Of a stretch of 64,000 nucleotides of DNA, positions 1-13,800 are shown piece after piece. Source of the stretch: Lingula anatina (lineage: Eukaryota; Animalia; Brachiopoda). Position 1 is the stretch's first letter. Each line of letters starts with the position of its first letter. The stretch spans positions 2,480,001 to 2,544,000 of the forward strand of contig CM120642.1 of assembly GCA_051362555.1 (NCBI GenBank). Reading direction: 5' to 3'. The position numbers and the translations under genes were made by a program. The notes under the pieces were generated by a model that was not told the origin of the DNA, did not search any database, and saw only the letters and a program-made list of their open reading frames with translations.

Positions 1-1876
1 ACCTGCACATATTAGGAGCAAGGGGATAACTGGGGGGGGAGGGGGGGGAGATTATAGGAGAAGGGTGTTCAAGTACTAAAAGTCAGTTAGGTAAAAATAC
101 GTAGCTGATGGGTAATATTATAAAAAGAAAAAAGTGCACTCACTTATGTTTGCTTATAGAAATTAAGGCTGAAACTTTGATAAGATCTTTGTAGATTAGT
201 GAGCCAGCAGATGTCAAGTCATGTTCACATTTTAGTGCTCAATAAACATTATTATTATTATTATTATTGTTATGTTCTTCATGTGCCATTTTGAGGAGCT
301 TGGAACACAAAGCAATTTTCATTGGCCCCTGCTCTTGTTCTGCAAATGACATCTTCCAAAGAAAAGTGAGCTTAATATTCATGGATCAAAACTAAGTACA
401 ATATGTCGATTATGTATGTTTCAAAGGAACTAAATCAAACTCAGTTTTGTTAAATAAGATATATATTACAATTCAACTTTGTATTACTGCACTACAATAT
501 CATTATAATATATTGTACTAGTATCACAGCCTCACAGCTCTGTACATAGGGTTAAAAGATAAGTATTTTCTGCAATAATTACACTTTTGAATGTCTAAAA
601 TTTTAGAGCATATTAGTTAATAGTACATCATACATGCTAGGTTTATTTAATTATTGATATTACAGGGAGCCACAATCAATTCTAGCCTCACAACAAACTA
701 TGATTTAACTATCTAAAAATATTAATTTACTCAACATTCACTCATTGCAGTACAGTCTTTGGTGTCTTACTTTCATTCGTCAAATATTGTATAAATTTTC
801 ATTGTGGATTCAAACAATGTGAGAATTTTTATCTTTTTTCAGCAGTACACATTTTCTAAAGTGTAAACTTTATCATCTTTGGTGCAATTTTCACAATAAC
901 ATGGTTAATCATTTTAAATCAAAAATATTTCAAGCAGTTCATAATCTATGTTCCTCCTGTAAAGTCATAACAGGTTTTCAAACACATGTTAGCCAACTCT
1001 GGTAATTGAGCTCTCATAAATTCTTAAAGACAATATGAAGGTAAATTATGAAAGCATACAAATATTACCAATCAAGATATCAAGATACCAATTTCACCAA
1101 GGCCAACGTAACTCAATTTGTACTGTATTTTTACATTAGTAAAGAAAATACTCAATACATAACAGTCACGTTGGCAGATTACTATAAAGTATCAAATTTT
1201 CTTCTTATCTTGACAGTGAAAATGGTTATTTGCAAGCAATGTATCCTTGGAAAAAATCAGAGGAAAAAAAATGACTTTTTACACTTAAAAAAATTAGATT
1301 ACACGCCTTGTACCACTCTGCTGCATAACAAGGTGATGCAATCTATTTGAATTAGTTACAAAAATATAAAACATTGACAATATCTGTTGTGCTGATGACA
1401 GTATGTACATGCACTCCCACTGGTGAATCTCTTCAATTATGTTTCACTTCCTTTTATTACAAAAATCACAGACTGGAAGAAAAGACGTAGATTGAGAGCG
1501 TCAAGATGTACTTATGAAGCAACCCCCCCCCCCCCCCCCCCCGCAAAAAAAAAAAGTCAAACAAGTGAAGGTTCATCCTATTTGCATTCACTTAATTATG
1601 CATACTTACAGAATAAAGCAAATATTATATAAAACAGACTAAATTTGAATTGACCATTTGGAATTCAAATCATCTTTCATAAATAGAGATGAATAAAGCA
1701 TCAATTAACAAGTTAACCATGTCACAAATCATATGCATCACAAAGGGACTTAAATGAAAATGAGCATTTTAAAACACACAAATTACTATGATTAATGTTA
1801 GCTCAAACTGCCATGAATGATATGTACAAATGAAAACATGTGTCCAGCACACGCATTGGTCTAAAATCAACGGTTG

Positions 1877-3672
1877 TCATGGCTGCGGTGCTACGTGACC
1901 AATGAGGTAAATGTTATCATACAAATGACCTGCAAAGTCGTCGTTGATGTGAACAGCACGTCTTGTGTTCCGTATGAATTCGCGCTTTGACATTTTGTTC
2001 TTGACGCTAGGGCTGCAGAGATCCACAGACAGCAGAATCAAAGAGAAACAAACCACGAAAACAACATCTGAAATAAAGAATTTAAAATGTTTAATATCAG
2101 ATATATTAGATAAGAAAATAAAAAACTGACTTAAACAGACCATCAGGCAGTTTGAAGCATCATCTGAAATTTCAAATTTACTTTTAAACTTTCAATCTTG
2201 CAGACTTCTCTTGCCTTAGTAGTGCTTCAATAATAAATGTAATAGCAAGAGATCTGAGACCTTTCTAAATACTACAGGAATCAACATACAAAGAAGCTGG
2301 AAAAATTGTAGACTGAATGTATTATCTCCCATAGAAAGCAGCCATACTCCACCTTTAGAGAGCCCCAGGTCAGGGTTACAGGTACAGAATCTTTCAGAAA
2401 ACTTGTCCACCAGCTGACTCAGGTAGTCTCCTCTCTCCTCAGGAGCATGGATCTCACCAAAGAACCTACGTAGAGCATTTGGAAGGAACTGGTTTTCATA
2501 GTTCTGTAGCTGCACTAAGATGTCTAAAATGTCTTGCCTGGAAAGTAAAACAAATTTAAATTCTCTATTATTTTTTCTACAGGTGGCAAAAATGCAGAGT
2601 GTATGTTACAGCATTCAAACAAATTTCTTCATGAGAAGTAAATTTATTGTAAAATAGTGATAAGCACTAACAAGTTATAATTACACAAAAATATTCTGGA
2701 TTTTTCTTTTAAGTAGTTTGAATTTCAAAACACCCCCCCTAAAAAGAATCAAGCACCTTTTTCGAGAACTAAGTATTTTATAGAACCCACACTAAACTGT
2801 CAATGAGTAAAATGACGATAAAATGTTTTCAATACCTATTTTTTAAAAACTCTCTTTTCTGGATACTCTGTAGCCTCTTTGTTGAGTGTAAAAATCTAGC
2901 AATTTCTTTTGGGTTGTCTTCTACCAGCATGTTGTTTAAAAAATAGTCCATACCCTGAAAGGGATATACATAAAATAAAAATTAATTTTCTAATTCATTT
3001 AAGTAATTAAAATGGTGCTTAAACTTATAATAAATCAAAAAGTCATGGTCTTTGAAAAATCTACCAACTGAACAGAGAGCTAAATGCCTTCATTTCAAGA
3101 CAACTGACACTTTGTTCTGCGTCAAAGAATTAGACAAAGCTTTTCAAACTCACCAGCCTTGCGTTAGCGTTAAAGGTTAAACTGCCCTCATCCAGTTTCA
3201 AGTACAATTTGCGATAAGAAAAACCTGGCTCATGGCGTCGTTTGTAGGCGCTGACGTAGCCCCAGTTGGTGTGACACAAGCTGTAAAGAAGCAGGTACAA
3301 AGATGAATGGCAGTAACTGTTTTACTGGCAAATGCCTAAAGTGTCATGAGTGATCAAGAGCAGGACAGATGTTCTGCACATTTTACAATTTTCCTTATAT
3401 AACCAGTCCAATGATCCATTTCTGCATAATACTAGCTATACATCTTGTTTCTGCCACACATATTTATAGGTGTCTGCACTCCACTCTCAATCAGCCTCAG
3501 TGAGCACACACACAGATATGTCTATTATCTATTTGAATATCTATTCAAAACAATACATCATCCAAAGATTATCATCAGTGGCCAAGCTCACATAACACAC
3601 ACACATACCCATATACAAACATCTATTCTCAAAACAATACATCATCCAAACATTTGCAGTGGCCAAACTCAT

Positions 3673-3718
<46 letters not shown>

Positions 3719-3852
3719 CTTTCAATTCAATCCATACCTGATCCAAAGAATATGATCATCAGCCAAGCTCACATATACAAACACACACACACACACACTA
3801 TCAATTCAAAACCATACCTCATCCAGAGTATATCATCATTGGCCAAGCTCTG

Positions 3853-3892
<40 letters not shown>

Positions 3893-3944
3893 TCAATTCA
3901 AACCATACCTCATCCAGAGTATATCATAATTGGCCAAGCTCTGC

Positions 3945-3975
<31 letters not shown>

Positions 3976-4032
3976 TCAATTCAATCCATACCTCATCCAG
4001 AGTATATCATCATTGGCCAAGCTCTGCCACAC

Positions 4033-4098
<66 letters not shown>

Positions 4099-4338
4099 TC
4101 AATTCAATCCATACCTCATCCAGAGTATATCATCATTAGCCAAGCTCTGCCACACACAGGCAGCCAGACAGAGGTCCGTAGCATTCAGATGAGACAGGAC
4201 GGAGAGGCTGATTTCTGGGGGGAGTAAATTTAAGTCCGGGAATGACAACAGAGCATTTGAGTTCTTCTTTCTGTGTGAGCCATCACCATCACCTTCAGCC
4301 TGATGTTCTTCATGGAGTTTTCGGAGAAATTGGCCCAT
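1877..4338 (-). CDS. FBXO8: F-box only protein 8 (F-box + Sec7-like domain), 5 coding exons, ~281 aa
   Basis: Exons 4338-4115, 3280-3154, 2954-2836, 2537-2353 and 2067-1877 join by GT-AG in consistent phase (846 nt). The F-box reads LNLLPPEISLSVLSHLNATDLCLAACVWQSLANDDILW. The Sec7-like part has LPNALRRFFGEIHAPEERGDYL and SVDLCSPSVKNKMSKREFIRN...HLYDNIYLIGHVA, matching the FBXO8 family. Confidence 0.95.
3538..4157. repeat. Compound minisatellite: ~55-60 bp unit copied from the FBXO8 exon end and donor site, separated by (CA)n tracts
   Basis: The unit tatcaattcaatccatacctcatccagagtatatcatcattggccaagctctgccac occurs at ~4097 (the real exon end), ~3974, ~3891 and ~3799. Decayed copies lie at ~3720, ~3622 and ~3538. 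Confidence 0.9.
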
Positions 4339-5160
4339 AGCTTTTTATGATCTTTACATCCGGGTTTGGGTGCTTTTTGTCCAAGGATTGCTGACTGGTT
4401 TGGAAGTTACTGTGTACATGTGTTGTTTCTTTGAGTTAATACTTCATCAAAACTTGAAAATAAAATTAGAAAAGTGCTTTCATATATGCCTTATATGTAC
4501 ATTCACACATTTGCATAATATTCTAAAGTTCCGAAAACATTTTCCAGAGGTTAATATAATTCTACTGGCGAAATAATGGTACTGCATCAGTAAAGCATCA
4601 AATATTATTGCATCATTTGTCAACTTTAACAAGTTGGACAGACGGACAAATAGATCAATTTTACGTCCAGCAATTTGAAGAAGGTGCAGTTGAAGAATGT
4701 CTTTCATTTTTTTCTTCCATGGTCGACCAAGAGATAAATTTGGTTCATCCTTTGTCATGTGGATTTTACTCGATTCGTATAGGAAAACTGGGAACTTATG
4801 TTTTACATGTGTTGCAGGGAGTCTATGCTCACTTAATTCATATGTTACTTTTCCTGGGACATAAAAAACATCTTAAAACAGCTTTATTTCTACTTCCTGG
4901 GTGCACATGGAGTAATGCACTAGCAATTTTGCAAACTGACATTCCTGTTAATGGACTATGGTGCAGTCTTGGAATAGAGAGTGTTTTAATCAAATTGCGG
5001 AAATTCAGTACATCATTAATCTATTCGTTAATTCATCGACAGATACTGACCCCACTTTTAAACGCCCTTGCCCCGATTCGCGAAGTTTGCAGAACTTCAG
5101 TCCAGGCTGGGGGAAAAGTGGGTCATGTTTTGATATATTAAAATCCTTAAAATCGCCTAC

Positions 5161-5448
5161 CTGCATAAAAAACAGAAGTAAATAGCGTCGTCCCACCTTA
5201 AAGGATGGCTAAGCAGCCCGTGTCATCGCCTCATGCTGGAAGTAAATCCCTGTGATGCCTACATACAGTAAATAAACTGAGTCCTGAGTGCCCTGGTTGG
5301 AATTCCAGTGTTGGCCAAAATGACGTGGAACCGGAGCAAACACAAAGACCCACATCTGATTGGATGAAATGATAATTTGTGCGGGCCTACGATTCATCAT
5401 AAAGCGGAAAATGTGAACAGTTGTCAGTCCTCAGTTATAATTGAAAAG
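5161..5448. promoter_or_regulatory. Putative bidirectional promoter and non-coding first exons of FBXO8/CEP44
   Basis: A minus-strand donor CAG|GTAGGC at ~5160 and a plus-strand donor AAG|GTAAGC at ~5449 flank a CpG-richer segment. It contains TGACGTGG (~5321), an inverted CCAAT box (ATTGG 5359-5363) and ETS-like GCGGAA (~5404). TSS positions are inferred. Confidence 0.55.
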
Positions 5449-5895
5449 GTAAGCAACAGCAGACGGTTCCCGTTTGAATGACTTTGAAAAAAGGAAATTT
5501 GACTTTTTTAAAAGCGGAATAGGTTCATAAGAGATATGCCAAAACACTTTTACGTTTTGACACTGATAAAATTTTCTAAATGTGTTATCTGGTTAAAACT
5601 CTTGTGTTTTTTTCTACCCCACGGTCAGATCTTGTGTTCTAGTTCTGTCTCAAAATTGTAATGTTTAGGACAAGAGCTGGATACCCTAACGTAACCTAGT
5701 TCGGGATTCGGTAGTGATTCTGTCACCAGAAGTGCTCTCCAAAGCTGTGCATCAAAATTCTGTACAAGTGCAAGGTAAAATTAATTTTAATTTGTGGCTA
5801 TTTATGTGTATTTTATGGCTGAAGTTTGCTCTGCTCATCATCATGGCACATCACAACTTGTTTCTAGATAATTCTACAATCCTTTTGTTTCCTAG

Positions 5896-8800
5896 ATGAC
5901 TACTGGAGATATTAAGAATAATCTAAAGAAGCTGCAGAAGGAGGTACAGCTCATTAAATATGGGGAAGAGCTGGATCTGCAAGGGTAGGTTCAGGTGTTA
6001 TAAAGCAGAGAGCCATTTGTGATCTTAAGCCTCGGGTTTATAAATACAAAAACCAGATTTAAGACTACAACTGTGATTTAATGACACTTATTATGTAAAA
6101 AAAGTGGTCACCAGCACTGTGATGCCAAATGCAAAGTACTGGTTTTGAATTGGGAATCTGCAGCTTTTCATTAATGTCCGTGATGGTGTTATCAATTTGT
6201 CTTATTATTATTATTATTATTGCTGTGATAATGGACACAAAATCAATATCTGTATATGATGTTGATATTTTAGGCTTTCTCAGGGCAAGCCCTCTGCATT
6301 CCTTCCTCTGTACCACTATGCCTTTGTGACATATAGCTGCTACATTGCCAAGGCTATTACAGACATTAATATAGAGTTGTATGGAAAAACAGATCTGAGG
6401 TTCATGGAAGGAGTGTATAAGGTATTATGAATGTTATTATCTCTGGTCTATGTTTTGAAATCATTTTTCAGTGAATGTGCTTTCTGATTTTTCCTTTATT
6501 TGATATAATAGCACAAACCTGCATTTGGTATGAACACGTCACTTGGACAATTCTTACTTCCGTTTTCTTTCATATGGGCATCAGCTTTTCTTATAATGAT
6601 GTTGCTGATAGTTTGATCATTGTCTAAATACTTACGTCTCTGAATTTTTATGATGGGCAGGTGCTCCGGGAGATGTTCAACTATAAGCCTCCTGTCACTA
6701 AAGAGCAGTTCTTCTCCACGGGGTTCGCAGAGAGGAAGGTGATAATGTGCACAGAAATCCTCAACATGATCAAGGCAAAGCACAGACGTTTAGCTCCCAA
6801 GCCTAAGTCCAGAGGCAACTCCACCCTGACCTCTCTACACAGGTCCTCCTCAGTACCAGCCATTGATACACAGAAGTTGACTGGTATGCTGGGGTTTACA
6901 GTGGGAAGAATATTGGGGGGGGGGGGGGGGTAAATGGGGAGAGGGAAGGAGGGTTGGATGCCCCCCCCCCCCCCTCAAACTAATACCACAACCACTCGAT
7001 CAATATCACACGCGAATTCATGCATGCAGACACATTTGAATTTAAAAATATGTCCCTAATATGTCTGTCAGCCAGATCTGATTAGTTTTTGTTATTGTTG
7101 TTAAAAAAGGGGTGCTGTTATGCATTCAGTGGTGTGCCACAGATTTGGGTACTTGGCGGTAAAGAAATAAGTCTAGAATTATATCAGTCTATAAACAGTT
7201 TTTGTCTCATCTGTTGACTTGTGTTTTATTTCATGTAACATTATAGGGAACCCTAAAGAAAGAAAAAATAAGGAAAATGTTACAGAATGCTCCATCCCAA
7301 AGGTATTAACTATTTTGTGTGTGCGTTTTCTCTTGGATATGTTACTCAGACTTGTAATATTTGCACTTGAAATACAAACATTATAATTACATTAACTGTA
7401 CCTCAAAAAAACCCTTTTTTTTTTAAAGACATCACTTGGAATATGTGGTATGAACAAAGCTTCTTTAAAGATGGATTCTTAAAAAGATTTTCTTATTTCT
7501 CTTAATTATAATTTTACTTACTATATTTTACCATAACATTATTTTGGATTTATCAAATATTAATGACAATGAATAAAACCCAAATAACACACATAGAGGT
7601 AAATGGATTAAGAAAACTTTTCTGCATGTATTTATCCATCTGTTTATTGCCAGGTTGTAAATGAGGTGTGGCACAGAGAGACTCTAGCCGAAGGTCAAGG
7701 TCATGAAGGAAGCCTCTCTCCACCAGGTGGTGTCACAAGAACAAGCCCCTCTGCTAGGCTGCCGTCCAAAGAGGGCGCTCCACATGATGCTTTGCCAGTG
7801 ATAAGTCACGTGAGACCTGCTGAAGTCATAGGTGCTGGTTGTGACATGTCACCTAGTATTAATTATATCAGACCTGCTTCTGTGGAACTGGTGACCATAG
7901 AAAGAGGTTGGTCTCTTGCTCACTTGATTATCTTTGAACAATGACTTTTAAATTTTGCATAAATATTTATCTTTTTTCAAATTTACGTTTTTCAGAGTAA
8001 AAGACATAATATTTAATATAAAACTTATATTTAATGCAGAAAGCTTAGTCCGCTTATAGTAAAACTCTTTTTAAAATACTTAGGTGTGTGTGAAGAGTAT
8101 CTTTTCATCATGGGTTAATGGGACTATTTTTATGTTCTCTTGCCTGTGGTGGGGGGATCATGAGTAAACTATTTTTTTTCATTGTAGGCTCTGAAGTATC
8201 TGCCAATTGGCATGTCGCTGAACAACCTCTGGAGCCAATAGATGTGGTTGCCATGACGCCAGGCAAACAACCGGAGTCGCAGGATTCTCTCACACTTAAT
8301 CAGATTGAAGAGGTAGGTACACATTATTTACCCAACATTTTATGAAAATATAGGTTTCTTCAAAGCAAGTTGCAGTGACTTGACTATCTTATGGCTCATT
8401 GTATTCTTTTTTTTTTTTCTGTTTCCCCATCCCAGACAACCGATAACATCAAGAATGTCGTGTCCCAGCTTTATCAGAGGATGGAGCAGATGGAGACGGC
8501 CCTTCATTCCATGGCGACCAGGACCCCGCCAGCCAACAGAGAGCAGGACGACAAGGAAAATGATTTCTACATCACAAAACCCCAGTGGGATAGCGTCATG
8601 GCCAGATTGATCTTGTTGGAGAATAGGGTCATGATGCTTGAGGTAGTGGAATTTTTATTACAGCAGAATCAATGGGGCTCTTAACCTAAAAAAGAAGCTC
8701 AAAAAGCATGGAAAAGAGAGAAATTGCACCTTTTTTAAACTAAATAAGCCCTTTTGTGTCAGGATAACCTGGATACATGCTTGATTTTATATTTCTGCTG

Positions 8801-11333
8801 CATAAATGCACTGTTTACAATAACTTGTCACACCAAAGAAAAAATTATTTAACTATTTTAATGGAAAATGGAAAATTTAACTTTTTAATGGAAAATTCTT
8901 GGAAAAGTTGACACGACTTTCTCAGTGTTATGGACTGTAAGTAAATTGTCTTTTTTAGAATGATGGATCCAAAAAACAGTCAAATAAGAAGTCAGAAAAA
9001 CTTGGAAAAGGTAAGTAATATGTAAAGGAGACTTCTTCGTAAAACACAAGATATTGAATGAATGAGCTAGATTCAGATTATATCAATTTATCAAAATAAT
9101 TTTGTATTTGAGTTTAAAGGTAACTACACACTGGGATGTTAAGTTTGATGTGTTTTATGTACCTTTCATATCCAGTGCTTTCTGTTCAAGAAATAGTTAA
9201 CAGAATTAAAAAAGAAATGCTGGAAATCTCAGGTGGACCACCGTAATTGTGAACAAATTTTCCTGAACGAATTTGCAAATGCTAGAAGTGTGCATTGAAA
9301 ATATTCCTGCTAAGAATCGTTTTTTTTCCCCGTCAGGTTTGGACACTACTCCAGCTCCTAAAGCAGCAAGGACCCCTCTGTCAGACAGCAAGGTATATCG
9401 AGGTAAGCACAGAACCTGTTCCTTTCCTTATACACTTCCTTATTACACTTAGACTATGACATGGATAATGAAGCATGTGATTCTGTGCTTGCAGTCTTTG
9501 TGAGATTCCAGTGTTTGTGACAGTGCTGGATTTCAATTTCTTAGAAAGTTTCGAAAAATGGTATCTGACATTTTTTCTTCAGCAAAGGCAAGTTGTTATA
9601 TTTGAATTGCCTTGATCATTTCAAAATATTCAACAAACAAAATATAATTTATATTTAGGATTTAGTATTCCACTAGTTTCGATTTATGAACATTTTGATC
9701 AATTCCTTACTAAGCTTCTCTGCTAACTGCCTAGATTGGTGAGAGTCAAAGTTTGCATCTAACCAACTTTATTATGTGATAAGGAACAAATTTAGATGTA
9801 ATAAACCATTCTACTATTAATTGGCCTTTGTAGACTTAACCAAATTGAGATACCTATTAAGTATTCTATTGTCACCAGTACAAATCTGTCTAGACAATAA
9901 GATAAAGCAAACTTGCCTTTCTGATTCTTTGTGAAGAACAACTTTCTGTTGGCAGACATAGCTAAGTTAAAGGCAAATCTTGAGAAACAGCACCCAGATT
10001 GATGCAGTGTCAGTCATAATGAAGGAAACTATAATTTTCACGGTTATATTTGCTCTTTGTCTGGTTTAAACTATTTAGTATCAGACACAACAGATTTAAA
10101 TAATTGGTTTAGAAAAAGGGACAGAAATAAAAACATTTTCTTTTGCTTTTCTCTGTTAGCTTCTTCCTCCACTTCCAAGGCTGGCAGGAAGACCCCTTTA
10201 ACCCAGGGCAAGCCCGTCTCTCGTCAGAAACTCACCATCTCCCCCATCAAGCCAGCTGGATTAGACGGCAACTTGGATGTACCGGGAATGGTCAGTCCCA
10301 AACCACAGCAAGCGGTCAGTCCTTACCATGATGTCTCCTTAACAGACCACTCGGCAATCATAGAGGCTGTAGAAAGGGAAAATGATGCCAATGCCAGCAC
10401 ACCTAATAACCCAACTGTGGACCCGAGTAACCAGCATGTGATGGTCACCTCTGAAATAAGTGCCATTGCTTTGAATATAGAAGACCCAGAGATACACGAC
10501 CAGGCAGCCAGGATTAATAGAATGTTGGTATACTTTAGAGACCACTGATATTTAGATTGATCTATCCCCCTGGGGAGTCTCACTAGATTGCTGTCAGCCT
10601 GTCAGCTTAACCAGCTTAAATGTCTGTCCCGCCTACTAAAAGCTGTAAGGGGGTAATTAACTGTCGTGCACGTGAGGCTCCCAGAAGCTGACAGCAATTT
10701 AGCGTGAACCCCCAGGGAGTTAGGTCGATCAAGATGGATTGATCTAAATCTGTTGGAACCCAGTCTTAGATATCATGTTAAAAGGCTAGTTCAAAATTTT
10801 GGTCTTGAAATTATCCCAGCATTTGGTGAACTTGCTTGAGCATCAACAGAATGTAATGTAACTTTGGGCTTATTCCAAATAAGATCAATCCAGCTCCGCA
10901 GGGTCCCCTGTTGAATGAGATAAAATGATGACATGCCTCCTCTGGGCATTGAGTAGAATACAGAAAAGCTGATCATGTATGTTGATGCAAGATGCAAGTC
11001 CTTTCTCTAAGCCAAGTTGCATAAGAATTCATTTCTTTTGCTGTAGTCCTCTGCTTTCAAGGTTTCTTTGTTGCTAACATAATGAATGTGACATTACTTG
11101 ATGTTGTATCTTGTTATTTGGGTTTTGTGGGCAGTTTGTTTAGTCCCTTTCTCAATATCCTCCAGAGGAAATCGCATTAAATTTCCTTCCTTATGTTGTA
11201 AGCATCTACTTTCTTAAGTGAATGTTGTGATTTTTTTTTATCTTTGAAATTGTTTATATAATTACTATTTTTATTTCCTTCCAGATTACAGGACACTCAA
11301 AATATGCTGTCACAACCAACATCAACAACTTAA
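5896..11333 (+). CDS. CEP44: Centrosomal protein of 44 kDa, 11 coding exons, ~543 aa
   Basis: Exons 5896-5984, 6274-6421, 6661-6883, 7247-7302, 7654-7906, 8188-8312, 8436-8642, 8959-9010, 9337-9402, 10160-10523 and 11285-11333 are in phase (1632 nt). The N-terminus MTTGDIKNNLKKL...ELYGKTDLRFMEGVYKVLREMFNYKPPVTKEQF..GFAERK is the CEP44 domain. A coiled coil ARLILLENRV follows. The middle low-complexity exons are less certain. Confidence 0.88.
10536..10768. mobile_element. Degenerate MITE, same family as 17330-17528
   Basis: Shares the core cttaaatgtctg.c.cgcctact.aagctgt.agggggtaattaa with 17415-17460. Has an internal inverted pair, ccctggggagtctcactagattgctgtcagc / gctgacagcaatttagcgtgaacccccaggg. 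Ends are approximate. Confidence 0.55.
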
Positions 11334-11584
11334 ACCATTGGACTGATAGCATGAGGACAGCATTGGTAAAACCAGGACTAATTACACACCAAGCACCTGT
11401 TGATTCACATTTTGTTCACACTTGCACATAGGTACATATTGAGGGACGAGAGGGTTTGATTTCAATTCATCCTGTATTTAAATGCTTAAGGCACAGACGA
11501 CTTTTTGAAATTCTGCCCGTGGCCCACAGTTGTGCTGCACACCCTCACATGTGAAGTTTTGGTGCATCTCTGTTTATTCTTGCA

Positions 11585-11616
<32 letters not shown>

Positions 11617-13470
11617 GTTATTGTTAATATTTATTTATTATAAATGTCACAGTGCATTACTCTTTGATGCTTGATAAATTCCATGTGTGTATTATATCAT
11701 GTAACAATATCAGCACGTAATGACGTACACAAAAAGTTTTGAAAAACTGATTTCTTCTGAAAAACAAAAAAAAGTAAGAAAATTCCTTTTTTCATATATT
11801 GAACACTTTGTATGACTTCTGATTTTATGAGAAAAATTTGCTCTGCATTTTTATTCATATGACCTCATCCAGTTTGGTCTCTCTTTTAGAGACCCAAGAA
11901 ATCGATTTGAGAAATATACATGTACTAATAAATATTTTCAAAAATACATTATCATTGATATATTTACATGTGTTTTTCAATCTGCTCCATATTATAAATA
12001 CACTAGGAAAGAGTTGAAAAAAAATACTTGGATTTTATATCTCAAATGATTTTTCTGACCAATAAAAACAAAGTGACCTCTTTATTCAAATAAATACATG
12101 AAATATTGTTTTAATTTGTTGATTTATATACATCACTAATTTTTAATTTTAAGTTAGCCAAAAACAAGTTCTGGACATCGTGCGACAGCGTATCGTTCTT
12201 GCCTTCACAGTGCGGTAAAACGTGACTCCCAAACAACTCGGAGCCAGGAAACCTTAATGTGGCTACATGTGACAGCTCTAACTCTCTCCCCCCCACAAAC
12301 CTCCCCCTAAAAAAATATCAATAATAAATACGTCACACTCCCCGACCGTGAGGGGTATCGGCCTCTACGCATAAAATTCAACCGTGTCACACAACCCGAT
12401 TTATCTAGTCTTTCTTCGGCCATCTTTAGGTTGTTTTGCACTGTCTTCTGGTCTTCAATATTGGCCACTTCTTACGTATGTAAAACGGAAAAAACTTTGA
12501 TGTTAGACTTTCGGGGACAGTTTTTTTTTTACCTGAATAATATGGTAGGGTCACATATCTCGTCGAAGCGTTCATTTTTAATGCGGTTGATAATACACTA
12601 TTTATAGCTCGGCAATTAAAAAAAATGAACATTTTGGCATTCAACAAGTTTCTTTAAAGGAATTAAACAAATTACCAGAGTGTGAAATTAATTCGTCGTG
12701 GTTTTAGACAATGAATTATTCATCGGTTCAGGAGAAATAAGCCTGACGTAAACCCTGGTGACGGGTAAGATTTTCCCACTACAAGGGCCGCGGAGAGAAT
12801 TTTGATGTGACGAAAAAATAGGGGAAAACTCTGTTGAAAGGCTGTGCGAGTTATGACTAAGATTTAATTTAGAATACTCCAAACTTTCTTCAGTCTATTT
12901 CGTTAAAAGGGTCTTCATGTTTCGAACCCCATGCAAAAAGATAATAAGGAAAAGTAATTTGCTTGTTAAAACCGAGTTGAGTTTTGTCTTACAAATGAAC
13001 GCTGTCAAAGTCAACACGCGTGGCGTACTAAAGGCGGGGAATCTGAAAGTCGCCCATCGCTGGGGCTAGTTTCACAACAAAGTTTTTGGCCTAAAATTGA
13101 AGCATTCTAACACAACTGAATAACGTGCGTCCCCCCCCCCCCCAAAAAAAAAAAAAAAAAAAAAAAAAAACCTAAGATGATTCTTAACCCTTTTCCCCCC
13201 TATATTTTAAGTAAGCTTTTTTTGGTCAAATTGTGCACAGCAGCGAATTTAGGTATGTCAGATGCAAAAATTATTACACCATAGTTTCACAAGACGAAGC
13301 GAACGGGTTTCTTTAAAGAAATGTACACAAAAGCACACGCCCACTGTACAGCGCATACGGAAAGGGGCTCTTCCAAATGGCGAAAAGAGGAAACTTTAGA
13401 CCATGTGAAACGGGCCACTAGTGTTCGTGTCCTGTTGTGGTCCAAGGTCACGGATTTAAGCAAAAGATGA

Positions 13471-13800
13471 AAGGTACACTCCATGGGTTTAAAAATCTCC
13501 AAAAAGCTTAATTTTGCCTTTCATAGCTTCTTATTAAACCTTATATTCGCCTTAAAATGATTCAACCCCTTTAATTTAACCTGATGTCGATATTTCCATT
13601 GAAATGTATAGGAACTTTCCTAGTGGTCGATGTTATGATGGACCAGTCATCTTAAGCTAAAAATCAACCTTAATACATTTTATCAAAGGTCGAATCCAAG
13701 TGCAGAGAGATGAATAGATAAATGATTCGTGAGTACGAGAAAATTGCTTATTTTCCAGGGAAAATCCATTTTGGCGGATAAATCTCATGGAGTGTACCTT
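13471..13800. mobile_element. Non-autonomous TIR element (Kolobok-like MITE)
   Basis: Terminal inverted repeats aaggtacactccatg (~13471) and catggagtgtacctt (~13786-13800), with TTAA on the right flank. The family call is an inference. Confidence 0.5.

Noticed and set aside
3445-4192. His-Thr-rich ORFs on + and a CRISPR-like repeat/spacer look
   Set aside because: The ORFs are translations of (CA)n tracts antisense to FBXO8. The 'spacers' are microsatellite, the context is eukaryotic, and there are no cas genes.
4608-5141. 177-aa ORF on +
   Set aside because: Non-ATG start, no recognisable motif, and it lies in the inferred FBXO8 5' UTR intron.
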